A stretch of DNA of 34,633 nucleotides from Planctomycetota bacterium (GTDB lineage: Bacteria; Planctomycetota; UBA8108; UBA1146). The notes under the pieces are model-generated. The model searched no databases. It was not told the DNA's origin and saw only the letters and a list, made by a program, of their open reading frames with translations. The translations under genes were made by a program, and so were the position numbers. The DNA is taken from assembly GCA_036338595.1 (NCBI GenBank), contig JAYZBV010000003.1:1-34633 (forward strand), written 5' to 3'. Below are positions 34,262 through 34,633 of this stretch, piece after piece. The stretch's first letter is position 1; each line of letters starts with the position of its first letter.

Positions 34262-34393
34262 GGTCTCCAGGGTCGCTCCTCTCTTTATATTACGACAGGA
34301 TGTATGTGGCTGGTGCTCCCCGACATTCGCGGCTGCCAGTATACTCCCTCACCGGGCCCAGCAACCCACGACCAGGGGAGAGGAGTCACCAGA

Positions 34394-34633
34394 GTGTCCA
34401 TCGATTTGCAGTCCGACGATGAGCAGCGAGAAGTGATCCAGGTTCGTGGATTGTGCAAGACCTACAGGGATTTCTGGCTGCGTCCCCGTGTCGAGGCTCT
34501 GCGGGGTATCGACCTCAGCATCCATTCGGGCGAGGTGTATGGCTTGCTGGGTCCGAATGGATCGGGCAAGTCGACGACCATCCAGATCTTGCTTGGATTG
34601 CTGTTCCCGAGTGCTGGCACCGTCTCGGTGCTG
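34394..34633 (+). CDS. ABC transporter ATP-binding protein; runs off the window end
   Basis: Manual translation from GTG 34394 (AGGAG SD): [80 protein letters not shown], with Walker [10 protein letters not shown]. Absent from the ORF track. Confidence 0.95.
   Translation, partial: MSIDLQSDDEQREVIQVRGLCKTYRDFWLRPRVEALRGIDLSIHSGEVYGLLGPNGSGKSTTIQILLGLLFPSAGTVSVL

Noticed and set aside
1..34633. Visible abundance of TCGA/GATC/ATCGAT words
   Set aside because: Largely explained by ATC/GTC/CTC followed by GAN codons. It cannot be called a HIP-like signal without a codon-aware statistical test.

Overview
A gene-dense, GC-rich bacterial chromosomal segment. It is probably from a Planctomycetota/PVC-type organism; this is inferred from a dockerin-like 'FRRGDxNxDG' C-terminal module, Cys/Asp repeats, a DUF1570-like gluzincin and a Chlamydia-type giant GreA. 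Most genes are housekeeping: queF (partial, missed by the ORF track), truD, greA-like, hutU-hutI, ispH, pyrC-like, fabI, nadE, gltA, moaD-moaE, moaA, queA, a DASS transporter and an ABC permease/ATPase. These are interspersed with uncharacterised exported proteins. I found no tRNA, rRNA, CRISPR array or intact mobile element. Best leads: (1) a ~175-nt rod-like structured non-coding segment upstream of truD with 6S-RNA-like features; (2) a very basic protein with two tandem IS3-OrfA/Brinker-like HTH domains sharing an identical recognition helix, with no transposase nearby, divergent from a coupled operon of orphan gene, NYN protein (Asp-to-Asn at a usually catalytic site), queA and a Zn-ribbon J-domain protein; (3) an exported trio of FG-GAP propeller, PDZ-less trypsin-like protease and a large acidic unknown protein; (4) a GSDH-type propeller with 11 Cys/Asp repeats and a dockerin-like tail. 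All calls come from reading motifs by eye; no searches were run.
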